From contig OX597816.1 of assembly GCA_951406725.2 (NCBI GenBank), positions 21,204,001-21,268,000 on the forward strand: 64,000 nt of DNA, written 5' to 3'. The stretch is from Octopus vulgaris. Its lineage: Eukaryota. The translations under genes and the position numbers were made by a program. The notes beneath the pieces are model-generated. The model made no database searches. It was not told where the DNA came from and worked only from the letters and a program-made list of their open reading frames with translations. Positions 38,094 to 50,630 of this stretch are shown here, piece by piece (the first letter of the stretch is position 1; the number at the start of each line of letters is the position of its first letter).

Positions 38094-38402
38094 GAGAGAG
38101 AGAAGTATGTATGTATATCACTAGCCACTACACATTCATTATTTTCTCTCTTTGTTTCTTTCTGTGTTCCTTTCGGTGGAAGAGTCTAGGCTTAAAACGT
38201 TAAAGACTTTTTCACTTCCTGAGCATTATACTAATACATCTGTTTGTTGTCACACCACCTGTCTTCATCTTTTGTTTTTTGTGAATTCTCTCTATATGTA
38301 TATATATAGCATCATCATCGTTTAATATCTGCATTCCATGATAGCATGGGTTGGAAGATTTGACTGAGGTCTGGTGAACCAGATGGCTGTACCAGACTCC
38401 AA

Positions 38403-38451
<49 letters not shown>

Positions 38452-38456
38452 CATAT

Positions 38457-38735
38457 ATAGTAAAGATTATTTGCCAACATATTGTGGCAGTCCTGGTTGG
38501 AATGAATGTTACTGTTGTTTTAGCCCCAAGAAACATCGTCTCCAATTGGCTATATAAACACAATCTGCATCCATATATTTTCAAAACAGACACAGATCGT
38601 GTGTCGTATAGCCAGCTGGAGACGATGTTTTCTGGGGCTAAACAGCACCAGGACTGCCACATTATGTTGGCAAATAATCTTTACTTTAGAGTACTGTTAC
38701 TAAATGTGTCTTGTTGAGAAATTTAGAAATAATAT
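38457..38735. mobile_element. Long-hairpin element, second copy
   Basis: AGTAAAGATTATTTGCCAACATA...TATGTTGGCAAATAATCTTTACT, with arms homologous to 33902-34183. Confidence 0.8.
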
Positions 38736-38856
38736 TTATTCTATTTATATAAATATATATAACATCGTCGTCGTTTAATGTCTATTTTCCATCCTGGCAT
38801 TGGTTGGATGGTTTGGCTGAGGTCTGCAGAGCCAGCAGCTGCACCAGGCTCATATA

Positions 38857-38904
<48 letters not shown>

Positions 38905-38905
38905 T

Positions 38906-38996
<91 letters not shown>

Positions 38997-39024
38997 TCAG
39001 AAAAAATATGTGTGTGTGTGTCTA

Positions 39025-39263
39025 TGTGAAGTTCCTAATTAACTCAGTAACATTAATCAAGTAATTTATTTGTTTTGAAGACTTAAGTATATTTATTTAT
39101 TTTCTTTTTTACTATAGGCACAAGGCTTGAAATTTGAGGGAGGGGACTAGTTGATTACATCGACTTCAGTGGAATTTGAACTCAGAACGTAAAGACAGAT
39201 GAAATACTGCTAAGCATTTTGCCCAGCATGCTAATGATTCTGCCAGCTCACCACCCTAATAGC

Positions 39264-39331
<68 letters not shown>

Positions 39332-40201
39332 TAATTATAATCATAATCAAGGTGGTTACAATACCAGTGATCGTAGGAGCACTAGGAATGATCAAGAAGG
39401 GAAATGAAAATTATATGAGAATGATTCCTGGCTTACCATCCCTGCAAGAAGTTCAAAAGATTGTCTTAACTGGTACATCACACGTATTGAGAAGAGCATT
39501 GTCGATGTGAGAACTATTACTACCCATGTATTTTAATTTAACTTTAAAAAAAAAAATGAACGAACTATTCAGTTTAGTTTAATGGCCTACCAAGGTATAC
39601 TATGAGTTTCTTTGCCCTAGGAGTCGGGAAGAAACTCGGCAAGAAATGGAAGAAAATTTGAAAGAAGAAAAATATAATAATATTAATCATAATCATAGTG
39701 TTGACAATAACGATATTTAAAATGCTGCAATATGAACGAGAAATACAATATTATCTAAGGCAACAATCTGATAAAGGTAGCATCGAATTAATGTGTATGA
39801 GTTGGAGAACTAAGCTGTTGTGAGTTTGGGCATTAAATCACCTGCAATCAAATTTTTCAGATTGAGTAAATGACAATTAGCTGTTGATGAAGATCTTAAA
39901 AAAGGGTTCTTGTGCAGACAGATGTCTCAAATTTATCTTGTTCGCAAAAGCTTGTCCTCACCTTAATAGTTAGATACCTTGCAGTGTGATAAAATAGTTT
40001 TGATGCAAATGGGAGTCAGACTGCTAAAAATTAATAGAATTGATAAAAATAGAAAAAAATTATCGCACTGAGACGCCAAATTATAGATTAAAATTTTCAG
40101 ATATAAACGGTTAAATGAATTAGAAAGGAAAATAAATAAATATACTTAAGTCTTCAAAACAAGTAAATTACTTGATTGATGTTACTGAGTTAATTAGGAA
40201 C

Positions 40202-40207
<6 letters not shown>
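39025..40207. repeat. ~80-bp inverted repeat pair (39025-39104 / 40128-40207) bounding ~1.2 kb
   Basis: TGTGAAGTTCCTAATTAACTCAGTAACA...AAGTATATTTATTTATTTTC and its near-exact reverse complement. Confidence 0.85.
39348..39675 (+). mobile_element. R4/Dong-type LINE 3' end (second family), after (TAA)n
   Basis: KVVTIPVIVGALGMIKK...IPGLPSLQEVQKIVLTGTSHVLRRALSM*. Confidence 0.85.
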
Positions 40208-40259
<52 letters not shown>

Positions 40260-40337
40260 TATCATGGACTTTATTGTAACTAGATGATTTATGAGGGTTC
40301 TGCAATTTGTAGCTGAACAACCACATGGATGATTTAC

Positions 40338-40520
40338 AGTTCTATATTTAAGAGATGAAGAATTATGTACATTATTTACATTATTTGCATTTGATGGATA
40401 TTTGCCCTCATCTTTGTTGTTAACACAACATTTCGGCTGATATACTCTCCAGCCGTCATCAGGTGTCTTGGGGAAATTTCAAACCTGGGTTCTCATTCCT
40501 AAAATATTTTTCAATGTTGT
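40338..40520 (-). mobile_element. Family F 3' module with hammerhead motif (40422-40467)
   Basis: Minus strand GACAC-CTGATGA-C-GGCTG(GAGAGTATAT)CAGCC-GAAA-TGTT-GTGTT. Homologous to 41570-41745. Confidence 0.78.
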
Positions 40521-40532
40521 TATTATTATTAT

Positions 40533-40794
40533 TCTATGTTTGACTTTTGCACTACATTTGTACAATTTGGCTCCAAGTCTCACCCAAAGACCTCAAGAGA
40601 CTACAAGCTGGAAGTTCATGTTGGTGTTATGCCTAGGATACCATATATTTGGTTTTGTACATAGTGTTGTTCTAGAGAATGTTTAAGAAACCATAAGAAA
40701 ATTATGTTTGTTTTAAAACTTGAGATTACATAGAAAGTATTTTGCGTAGGATATGAGCAGTTCCCATGAGCACTATCTTTTTAATTTCTGCCAT

Positions 40795-40795
<1 letters not shown>
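40533..40795 (-). mobile_element. R4/Dong-type LINE 3' end (third family)
   Basis: MAEIKKIVLMGTAHILRKILSM* plus UTR, lying between (TTA)n tracts. Confidence 0.82.
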
Positions 40796-40796
<1 letters not shown>

Positions 40797-40862
<66 letters not shown>

Positions 40863-40872
40863 GTTATTGTTA

Positions 40873-40924
<52 letters not shown>

Positions 40925-40928
40925 GTTA

Positions 40929-41001
<73 letters not shown>

Positions 41002-41002
41002 C
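40797..41002. repeat. (TTA)n microsatellite
   Basis: Direct reading. Confidence 0.97.
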
Positions 41003-41006
41003 ATCA

Positions 41007-41308
41007 TTCAGTAGTTTTATCTTTATACCATGCTTTCACTTCACTACCAAGCACAGCGCTGTGTGCCTTGGGTATGTGCTGTGTTTTGTTGTGATGCTGT
41101 TATGGTTTCTGTATTGAAAGTGTTTTATGTAGGATGTGTGCAGTGCCCAGTAGTGCAATTTCTTGTATGTTGTATATATTTGTAAGTCCTGGTGTTTTTG
41201 CTATGTATTTGTCTGAATATTTTTTATCATACATAATGCACCTACTATGATAGGAATTGTTTCTGTTTTTAGATTCCACATTCGAGGTACCTCTATTTCC
41301 AGGTCTGA
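41007..41308 (-). mobile_element. R4/Dong-type LINE 3' end (same family as 31682-32160)
   Basis: Reverse complement matches ~31860-32160. Confidence 0.87.
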
Positions 41309-41460
41309 AATTATTGAGTGTGCTTTCCCAAATGTGAGCCTTTTATATATTTTTTTAATTAACGGTCACAAATGTCAAGTGAGCTTATTTTCGATGGACA
41401 GAGTGAACTTATGTGATGACACAAGCATTTCATCATTACAAACAAATCATCCATGCTCAC

Positions 41461-41745
41461 GGGCATATGGCGTAGTGGTTAAGAGTGCAGGCTACTAACC
41501 CCAAGATTCCGTGTTCGATTCCAGGCAGTGACCTGAATAATAATAATAACAACAATAATAATAATAATAATAACATTGAAAAATGGAATGAGAACCCAGG
41601 TTCAAAATTTCCCCAAGAAACCTGATTAAGGCTGGAGGGTATATCAGCTGAAATGTTGTGTTAACAACAAACAAGATGAGGACAAATATCTGTCAAATGT
41701 AAATAGTGTAAATAATGTAAATAATTCCTCATCTCTTAAATATGG
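41461..41745 (+). mobile_element. Family F: tRNA-headed SINE-like element with internal (TAA)n and hammerhead-containing tail, uninterrupted copy
   Basis: A box TGGCGTAGTGG and B box GTTCGATTCC, then (TAA)n, then CCTGATTAAGGCTG...CAGCTGAAATGTTGTG (41617-41662), then AATGTAAAT repeats. Confidence 0.78.
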
Positions 41746-42502
41746 AAATTTATTATTTTGTGTATTATATTGCACTGTAATATATACATAAAAATAAACT
41801 GCAGAACCTAATTTGCATAGAATAAAGCATTGTGCTGTTCTTTTATTCTTTTCCTTGTTTCAATCATTTGACTGCAGCCATGCTGGAGCACTGAGTTAAA
41901 GAGGTTTAGGTCGAAGAAATCAACTGCAGGACTTATTCTTTGTAAGCCTAGTACATATTTTATTGGTCTTTTCTGCTGAACTGCTAAGTGACAGCAACAT
42001 AAACACACCAGCATCAGTTGTTAAGCAATGGTTCGTGGAGGTGGGGACAAACACAGAATTGACTGTGGTCATGCTGGAGCACTACCTTAAAGGGTTTTAG
42101 TCAAAGAAATCGACCCCAGGACTTTTTTTGCAAGCCTAGTACTTATTCTATAGGTCTCTTTTGCTGAATCGCTAAGTCATAGGGACATAAACACGCCAAC
42201 ATCAATTGTCAAGTGATGGTGGAAGAACGAACGCAGATACAAAGACAAACAGACATAAATATGTACATGTATATATAGTTAAAAATATCATTATAGGTAT
42301 AAGTATACCATATACAGTTATAGAAAAATGGAGGAGAAAAAGATGTTGAATCAAAATTAGATTTAATACAAAATAGGATTCAATACATACATGCATTTCA
42401 AAGGACAATACAAAAATGTAAGAAAAATATTATGACCATAGTAATTATAATTAAATTTATGCATTGTCATTTTCATCAGTGTGGGGAATTTTATATATAT
42501 AT

Positions 42503-42760
42503 TAGTGGCACATAAAAAGCTCCGACCGATTGTGGCCCTTGCCAGCCTCCCCTGGCATCTGTGCTGGTGGCATGTAAAAAGCACCCACTACACTCACAGA
42601 GTGGTTGGTGTTAGGAAGGGCATCAAGCTGTAGAAACACTACCAGATCAGACTGGAGCCTGGTGCAGCCTCCTGGCTTCCCAGACCCCAGTCAAACCGTC
42701 CAACCCATGCTAGCATGGAAAATGGACGTTAAACGATGATGATGATGATGATGATATGAT
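42503..42760 (+). mobile_element. SINE-like family C nested in a SINE B (-)
   Basis: Family motif and GAT tail; B 5' half follows at ~42765-42905. Confidence 0.82.
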
Positions 42761-43689
42761 GATCTTCTTACAGTTTCCATCTACCAAATCTACTCACAAG
42801 TCTTTGGTCGGCCCGAGGATACTGTAAAATTTACTTGCACGAGGACTGAACCCAGAACTATGTGGTTGGGAAGCAGGCTTCTTACCACACAGCCATGCCT
42901 GCACCTATTAGTTTCCATTGTTTTAATGTTTGACTCTGGAATTTGATTTTATACGGCCTTGTTATCTCAGTGAGAATTCCCAAAACTGACCTCTCCTCTT
43001 TTCTCATTCCTCACTGTTCCACTGCTTGTTAGTGAATTTCCACTACACACTTCTTCATTTTGTTTCTAGATGGCAGTAAATTATATTTCGGTAAACAGAA
43101 CTGGCTTCCTTTCACAAACCATCTATCAGCTCTTTCATTTCCAAGAGAGGTTTTATTGATGGAGGTCTAAAGGTCCAAGAATTCATATACACATATATAT
43201 ATATATATGTACAATATACTATCAGCAAATTATAAGATTCAATCTTCTCACTATTGAACTATTCGGCCCTTACTATGTTCTCTCCCTTCTAATATCAGGG
43301 AGAAAGGATTTTAATCTCTGATCAGTTTTTATCTGCACAAAGTAAAAACGCCAATGTAAGGAACTGCTAAACTAAACTAATAGATATGTGTGTTTATGCT
43401 TGTGTATATATGCATGAATATGTGTGTGTGTATTTTTCCATATATATATATATGAACACATTTCTTGGGAACACATTCTTTGTGGTAATGGCGATTTGAC
43501 GTCTATGTTTAGCATATTAGGTGTCCACTTTAGTGGTCATTCTTCTCTTAATTTTATATATATGTATATATATATATGCCTATGAGTACGTGAACACACA
43601 CATATACAGACCTAACAAATTTATTTTTCGATAGACAGATGACAACTTTCGTAAAATATAAGTCACTATATATATGAGTGTGTGTGTGT

Positions 43690-43742
43690 TTGTGTGTATA
43701 TATATATAAATATATGTATACACACACATATATATGCACATA

Positions 43743-43790
<48 letters not shown>

Positions 43791-43925
43791 CATATATATA
43801 CATATATATACCTACATATATATACATATATATACATATAGATGTATATAAGTACATATATATATACATATGTATATATATATATAATATATATATAATA
43901 TATATATATAATATATATGTATATA

Positions 43926-43959
<34 letters not shown>

Positions 43960-43965
43960 CATATG

Positions 43966-43997
<32 letters not shown>

Positions 43998-44082
43998 CAT
44001 ATAGATACATTTACATATACATACATATACATACATATATATATATATATATATACACATACATATATATATATATATTATA
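43690..44082. repeat. Degenerate (TA)n microsatellite
   Basis: Direct reading. Confidence 0.95.
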
Positions 44083-44616
44083 TGCCGGCATATATTAAAG
44101 AGAGATATAAATATTGATAAATGTGTGTATGTGTATGTGCTTACATATACGCACTCACATGTGTGTGTGTGAGAGTGTGTGTGTGTGTGTGTGTGTGTTG
44201 TGGACATAGACAGCTTTCTATAGAAACGTTCCAAAATAAATTTGTTAACTATGCCCTCAAGTTTCTAATTGCCAAACAGCTTTTCTGCCAACATTAACAT
44301 TATTGCTGTTTGAAGCTTTAATATAGATGACTTATGGTGTTGAAAACAGAGTTGAATAAAAATATCAAAAAAATAAAATATATATATATATTTATTTATT
44401 TTTATATGGTTATATATGTGTATGATTATAACCTATAATTATTTATGTATTTAATGTACTTTAATGCTTGCATTTTTGATAGTTACTTCTATAGTACATC
44501 TCCATCCGTTTCATCTCTGATCATCACTTGTTGCCGCATTCTTAGATATATAGTTAATAACAGCCTTGTTTGGACTAGTGAAGTATAGAAAAATACTACA
44601 CATACACATACATATA

Positions 44617-45025
44617 GGCATAGGAGTGGCTCTGTGGTAGGTAGCTTGCTAACCAATCACATGGTTCCGGGTTCAGTCCCACTGTGTGGCACCTTGGGGA
44701 AGTGTCTTCTTCTATGGCCTCGGGCCGACCAAAGCCTTGTGAGTGGATTTGGTAGATGGAAGCTGAAAGAAGCCTGTCATATACGTCTGTATATGTGTAG
44801 GTGTGTATGTATTTGTGCGTCTGTGTTTGTCCCCCAACATCGCTTGACAACCGATGCTGGTGTGTTTACTTCCTTGTAACTTAGCGGTTCAGCAAAAGAC
44901 ACCGATTAGAATAAGTACTAGGCTTGCAAAGAATAAGTCCTGTGGTTGATTTGCTCGACTAAAAGGCGGTGCTCCAGCATGGCCACAGTCAAATGACTGA
45001 AACATGTAAAAGAGTAAAGAAAGAG
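44617..45025 (+). mobile_element. SINE family B
   Basis: Colinear with the consensus. Confidence 0.88.
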
Positions 45026-45619
45026 TATAGGCATATGTACACATGCTAACTTTCCTTTTCATATCATGAAAGACATGGTTGTGCACTGAGCATTAACAAA
45101 TTGAATGATCTTCCATACAACATTACAAAAATCATAGCATCCTCTTTATTATTTAACTATTAACTGCTAAATTCATTTAATTAATCACGAATTTCAGATA
45201 CAACCACACATAAGAAATGGGTCTTGAATCAAGAATACAAGTTAAATATTATTGAATCCATGAAATTAGCTGTAGTTTCCTAATTAAATTTGAACTTCAC
45301 TATCTAATGCAAAGCATTATCTTCTATACTTTATAACTAGGCTAATGTTATATTTTAAACATTAATGATGAAGTCAGAACAAACTTAAAATGTAATTGAA
45401 GCACTAAACATAATTTCAGTAATCTTTTAATGGCCGGTACTTTCAATTAAATTCTTCGATTTATTTCTTAGTAAATTTGCCTCCTGTGCAATTCCATCAC
45501 TAGACATTTCGTTTTAAATGAGGACAATTAGCTGTAATAATTACAGATCTGCGTCTGAAGTGTTATGTACTGTGTGTATGTGCATGTGTATGTGTGTCTA
45601 TATGTATTATGTATGCCTG

Positions 45620-45633
45620 TATTTATATATGTA

Positions 45634-45685
<52 letters not shown>

Positions 45686-45773
45686 CATATATATACACAT
45701 ATATTTATATATACATATGTATATATATATATATTTATAAATATATATGTGCATATATATATATATGTATGTG

Positions 45774-45804
<31 letters not shown>

Positions 45805-45869
45805 TTTTATAAATATATATGTGTATATATATATGTATGTATGTATATATATATATATATATGTATATG

Positions 45870-45902
<33 letters not shown>
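45620..45902. repeat. Degenerate (TA)n microsatellite
   Basis: Direct reading. Confidence 0.95.
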
Positions 45903-46263
45903 GAAGTAAATAATAACAAGGAGAAAAAGGAGGGCTTTTTATGAAGTTTAACAAATCAAAATAGTCAGGAACCGAAGCTGCCACTTCAAATTTAGACAGA
46001 GTGTCATATTTAAAAGTGCTTTCGTGAGTGTATAAGTGTGTTCCTCTCTTTAGCCTGATATTCTTAATTGTTTCTCATACACACACACACACACATATAT
46101 GTATTTAGCAAATCCAAGGATGCTTCCTCTGTCATATTTATACAGATATCTTTGTCTACAGCTTGGCTAATTAGCACCAAGACTGTCAGTAATCCACCTG
46201 GAGACCTGAACAGTACATTCACTCCTTATATAATAATGATAATAATAATAATAATAAGAAGAA

Positions 46264-46300
<37 letters not shown>

Positions 46301-46304
<4 letters not shown>

Positions 46305-46766
46305 GATGGGCTACAGCAAATATTCTGCTCAATACCACAGATTTGCTTGTCAGTTGTTTGACCTTAACCAGTTGAGCATGTCCCTTAGTGGCTGACGATA
46401 TGTGCATCTCTGATCACGAGCAGAAGTAGTAGGGGAGCATCATAGCCATGTGTTGAGAAGGATTCTTTGGGGTTTGAATAATTCACCTCTGGAAACATGG
46501 GTGTTTCGTTCAACGTCCTTAAACAACCCTTATTCAGGGACCTTTTGAGTGGGATGGGTTACTCGATCTGAAGAAAATTCTAACTGGGCTCCACCTGTAA
46601 GGTCATGTGCTGTTTATCTTGATATGAGATCACCATGTCGCGCACATATGGTTGTGATGCATGTGCCTGGTGTACCCTTATCAGACAGGTAGTCATGATG
46701 GGTATACTGGGCTTCGTATATTTTACCCCAGTGTCACTTTGATGGCATGCTCTGCTCGCTCACTCA
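46301..46766 (+). mobile_element. Unclassified ~465-bp insertion flanked on both sides by (TAA)n
   Basis: GC-richer than its surroundings, bounded by (TAA)n at 46231-46300 and 46767-46789. No recognisable ORF. Confidence 0.5.
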
Positions 46767-47254
46767 ATAATAATAATAATAATAATAATGAAATTATTGT
46801 ATACAGTGCTCAGGTGCACCACAACTTGTCAGAAAGTGCATATAAAGTACATGCAGTAATGTAGAAATGTCTGGAAAGTGAACATGCTTGTGTGTGTATG
46901 GAGGGGAGAAAATCAAGTGTAGTGTTGGCGAATCTCAGGAAGCATGGAAGTCTTGAAGCATGGAAGTCTCTCTCTCTCACTCTCTCTCTCTCGTTTCATG
47001 TCTCTCTTTTTCTAACACCGTGTATTTCTCTTGCTATCTTCATTGTTTCCTTGCCTTGCTCGTTTTTTCTTGCCATCTCTCATTCTCTCTCTTTCCCATA
47101 CCTCTAAAAGAGCATAGACAATGAAGAACTTACAATAGAGAGAGAAGAACCGATTGGAATGTGCACTCGTCAAAGAATTAGCAATAATAAATTGTCTTTT
47201 TCAAATTCAGTAAATATCTGTTTGCATGTGTGTGGTGTGCTTGTGTGTGTGTGC

Positions 47255-47354
<100 letters not shown>

Positions 47355-47455
47355 ATATCAGTGTTTGTGTGTATGGAAGAAGGACCTGTTTAAATAACAA
47401 AAAATGATAGAATTTACACCTATTTTTCTTGTGGTTGAGTTTCATCATCATCATC

Positions 47456-47679
47456 TATTTCTTTACTATCCACAAGGGGCTAAACATAGAGGGAACATAC
47501 AAACACGGACAGACAAAGGGATTAAGTCGATTACATCGACCCCAGTACGCAATTTATCGACCCCGAAAGGATGAAAGGCAAAGTCGACCTCGGCGGAATT
47601 TGAACTCGGAACGTAACGACAAACGAAATACGGCTACGAATTTCGCCCAGCGTGCTAACGTTTCTACCAGCTCACCGCC
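47456..47679 (-). mobile_element. SINE family A inserted in the CAT tail of a SINE C, 16-bp TSD
   Basis: TTTCATCATCATCATC at 47440-47455 and 47680-47695. Confidence 0.85.
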
Positions 47680-47994
47680 TTTCATCATCATCATCGTTTA
47701 ACGTCTGCTTTCCATGCTAGCACGGGTTGGACGATTTGACTGAGGGCTGGTGAACCAGATGGCTGCACTAGACTCCAATCTCGATCTGGCAGAGTTTCTA
47801 CAGCTGGATGCCCTTCCTAACGCCAACTTCATAAAAATTCTTCCCCTCTATGTAATCATAATGCTAACACCAGCTGCTTCTATATAGTGTCTTTCTAAAT
47901 CTTTTAATTGCTGAGCTAGTATTTCTTTAGCAGGTTGAATGTGAAACACAGAGTTAATTTGGACTCACTGAAAATTCTTCTACAAAACATATTC

Positions 47995-48508
47995 ATTCCC
48001 AGCCACATGGTTCTGAGTTCAATTCCACTTCTACTATAACTTCAGGCCTTGTGAGTGGATTTGGTAGACGGAAACTGAAAGAAGCCTGTCGTATATATGT
48101 ATATACATATATGTATTGATATGTTTGTGCATCTGCGTTTGCTTCCCCACCATTCTTTTCTACTCTAGGCACAAGGCCCAAAATTTTGGGGTAGGGGAGC
48201 CAGTCGATTAGATCGACCCTGTACACAACTGGTACTTAGTTTATTGACCCTGAAAGGATGAAAGACAAAGATGACCTCGGCGGAATTTGAACTCAGAATG
48301 TAAAGACAGACGAAATGCCACTAAGCATTTTGCCTAGTGTGCTAACGCTTCTACCAGCTCACCACCTTAGTTCCCTCACCATTGCTTGATAACCAATGTT
48401 GGTGTGTTTATGTCCACATAACTTTAGTGGTTTGCCAAAAGAGACCAATAGGATAAGTACTAGGCTTACAAAGAATAAGTTCTCGGCTTGATTTGTTCAA
48501 CTAAAGGC
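47995..48508 (+). mobile_element. SINE B interrupted by SINE A (-, ~48155-48368)
   Basis: The B halves flank an A copy, and CACCATT is duplicated at the junctions. Confidence 0.78.
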
Positions 48509-49266
48509 AAAAATACATTTAAATAGAAAGATGCTTTACTACTTCACTATCAAAATATATCCAGAGGCCAGAGAAACACATGAAGGGTGGCATTATCAGA
48601 GAACTAGTGTTTTGGTGAAAAAGTATTGAGGGCAGTGGTTAATGTGGGCCTCATATGTGGCCACAATATAAATGATGAGAGAGATGAGTAAGGCAGGAGT
48701 CTCTGAATGGAGGTGACATGAGAACAGCAAAAGATCAAAGACAATTGTAATAATCCTTTCTATTATAGGTGCAAGGCCTGAAATTTTGGGGGAAGGGGGC
48801 TAGTTGATTACATCAACCCAGTGCATAACTGGTACTTATTCTATTGACCCTGAAATGATGAAAGGCCAAGAATTTGAACTCAGAACATAATGATGGACAA
48901 AATGCCACTAAACACTTTGCCTGGCATGCTTACGATTCTTCCAATTAATGGCCCAAGGTAATAATCTTTTCTATTATAAACACAAGGACTGAAATTTGGG
49001 GTAAGAGGGACAGTAGATTACAGTGATCCTAGTACTTAATTCATTGACCCCAAAAGGATGAAAGGCTAAGTTGACCTTGGCAGAATGGGAACTCAGAACA
49101 CAGCGACAGGCAAAATAGTACTAAGCATTTTATACAGTGTGCTAATGATTCTGCCAGCTTGCCACCTTGACCAGAGGTAATAAAGGCTGACAAAGATGTT
49201 AATATTTGACTAATGTATGGAACAGGAAATGCATGTTTGTTGCAAGTTCCGAGAATCTTGTTTCTC

Positions 49267-49833
49267 TTGGGTTGTCTGGAAAGTTCATGCCGATTTTTAA
49301 AGGAAAGAAAAAAGTCAATAAATACTTGCCATTACATTTTTATTCAACCAAATATGAACCATTTTCTTGCACAATGCATTTCCATCTTTCCTTTAACTTG
49401 AAAATACCCTCTTCCCAGAATTGAGGTGGTTTCATTGCAAAGAATTCATCAAGGTATCTTTATACATCATCCAAAGAATTGAAATTTCTACCATTAAGAC
49501 TATTCTGCAGAGACCTAAATAAATGGAAATCCAAAGGAGCAATATTTGGTGAATATGGGGGGGGGGGGTAAGACATCCCAGCCGATCTGCAGCAATTTTT
49601 GTCTGGTTCCCAAAGCATCAAGTGTCGAAAATGAACTTTCTTATCTTCCATTTTAAAGGGTTACAGAATTAACACAGGTTATAGGAACATAGACCTTCTT
49701 CCACGAAAAGATAGCTTAAACTGTGCTCTAAATGGAGGTGTAGTGAAATCCTATTTTATGGACTCAACCATGTTCTAAAATAAGTCGAAATGTAAGCTAC
49801 TATAAATCGGCACGAACTTTCCGGACAACCCAA
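49267..49833 (-). mobile_element. Internally deleted mariner transposon
   Basis: ~30-bp TIRs TTGGGTTGTCTGGAAAGTTCATGCCGATTT / AAATCGGCACGAACTTTCCGGACAACCCAA. The ORF remnant MEDKKVHFRHLMLWE is fused to PPYSPNIAPLDFHLFRSLQNSL (YSPDLAP motif). Confidence 0.92.
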
Positions 49834-50374
49834 CACATATTTAAATTGTTGAAAAGAGGCAATAACATGTTTTTGTTTTGTTTTGTTTCTCTTTGTTGCT
49901 GTTCAGAAAAAAAAATTATGCACCCAAGAACTATAATAAGTAGTGGAAAAATTTATTGATTAGAAAAAAAATTGATGTTGAATAATTATAGAAATTAGTA
50001 AAGTATTGTGAAAACAACATGTTTTCCTTGAAAATTAGAAAAAATATAAGAGTAAGCTTTAATTAAAATTTTATATTTGTTTATAGTTTTGCAAGTTCAA
50101 CATGAATTTAAACCATCTTTTGATGCAACACTTCCAAGTGATTCATCTTTCTTTGACCAACTGAAAATTATCAGCATTATTTTTTAGCCAATTCATGTGA
50201 TTTTATATATTGTGTATATTCATGTATAAGTTACATTTGTTTATACGATACACTCCTAATTTATATTAACCCCCCCGCTACAAAATCTTTTCTTTTCATA
50301 ATTTTAGCTTTGCTCTGTGTGTAAGTCACACCCCAGTTCTGCTATCAAAAATCAAGAGTAAAGAACCACCCGAA

Positions 50375-50595
50375 CGTAAAAAGCACCATCCGATCGTGGC
50401 CGTTGCCAGCCTCCCCTGGCACCTGTGCTGGTGGCATGTAAAAAGCACCCACTACACTCATGGAGTGGTTGGCATTAGGAAGGGCATCCAGCTATAGAAA
50501 CACTGCCAGATCAGACTGGGCCTGGTGCAGCCTCCTGGTTTCCCAGACCCCGATCGAACCATCCAACCCATGCTAGCATGGAAAACGGACGTTAA

Positions 50596-50627
<32 letters not shown>

Positions 50628-50630
50628 AAT
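50375..50630 (+). mobile_element. SINE-like family C
   Basis: Family motif and (GAT)n tail. Confidence 0.85.

Noticed and set aside
41461-41533. Possible tRNA gene (also heads at ~700, ~14900, ~31047)
   Set aside because: A and B boxes are present, but the cloverleaf stems are imperfect and each continues into a repeat body, so these are SINE heads.
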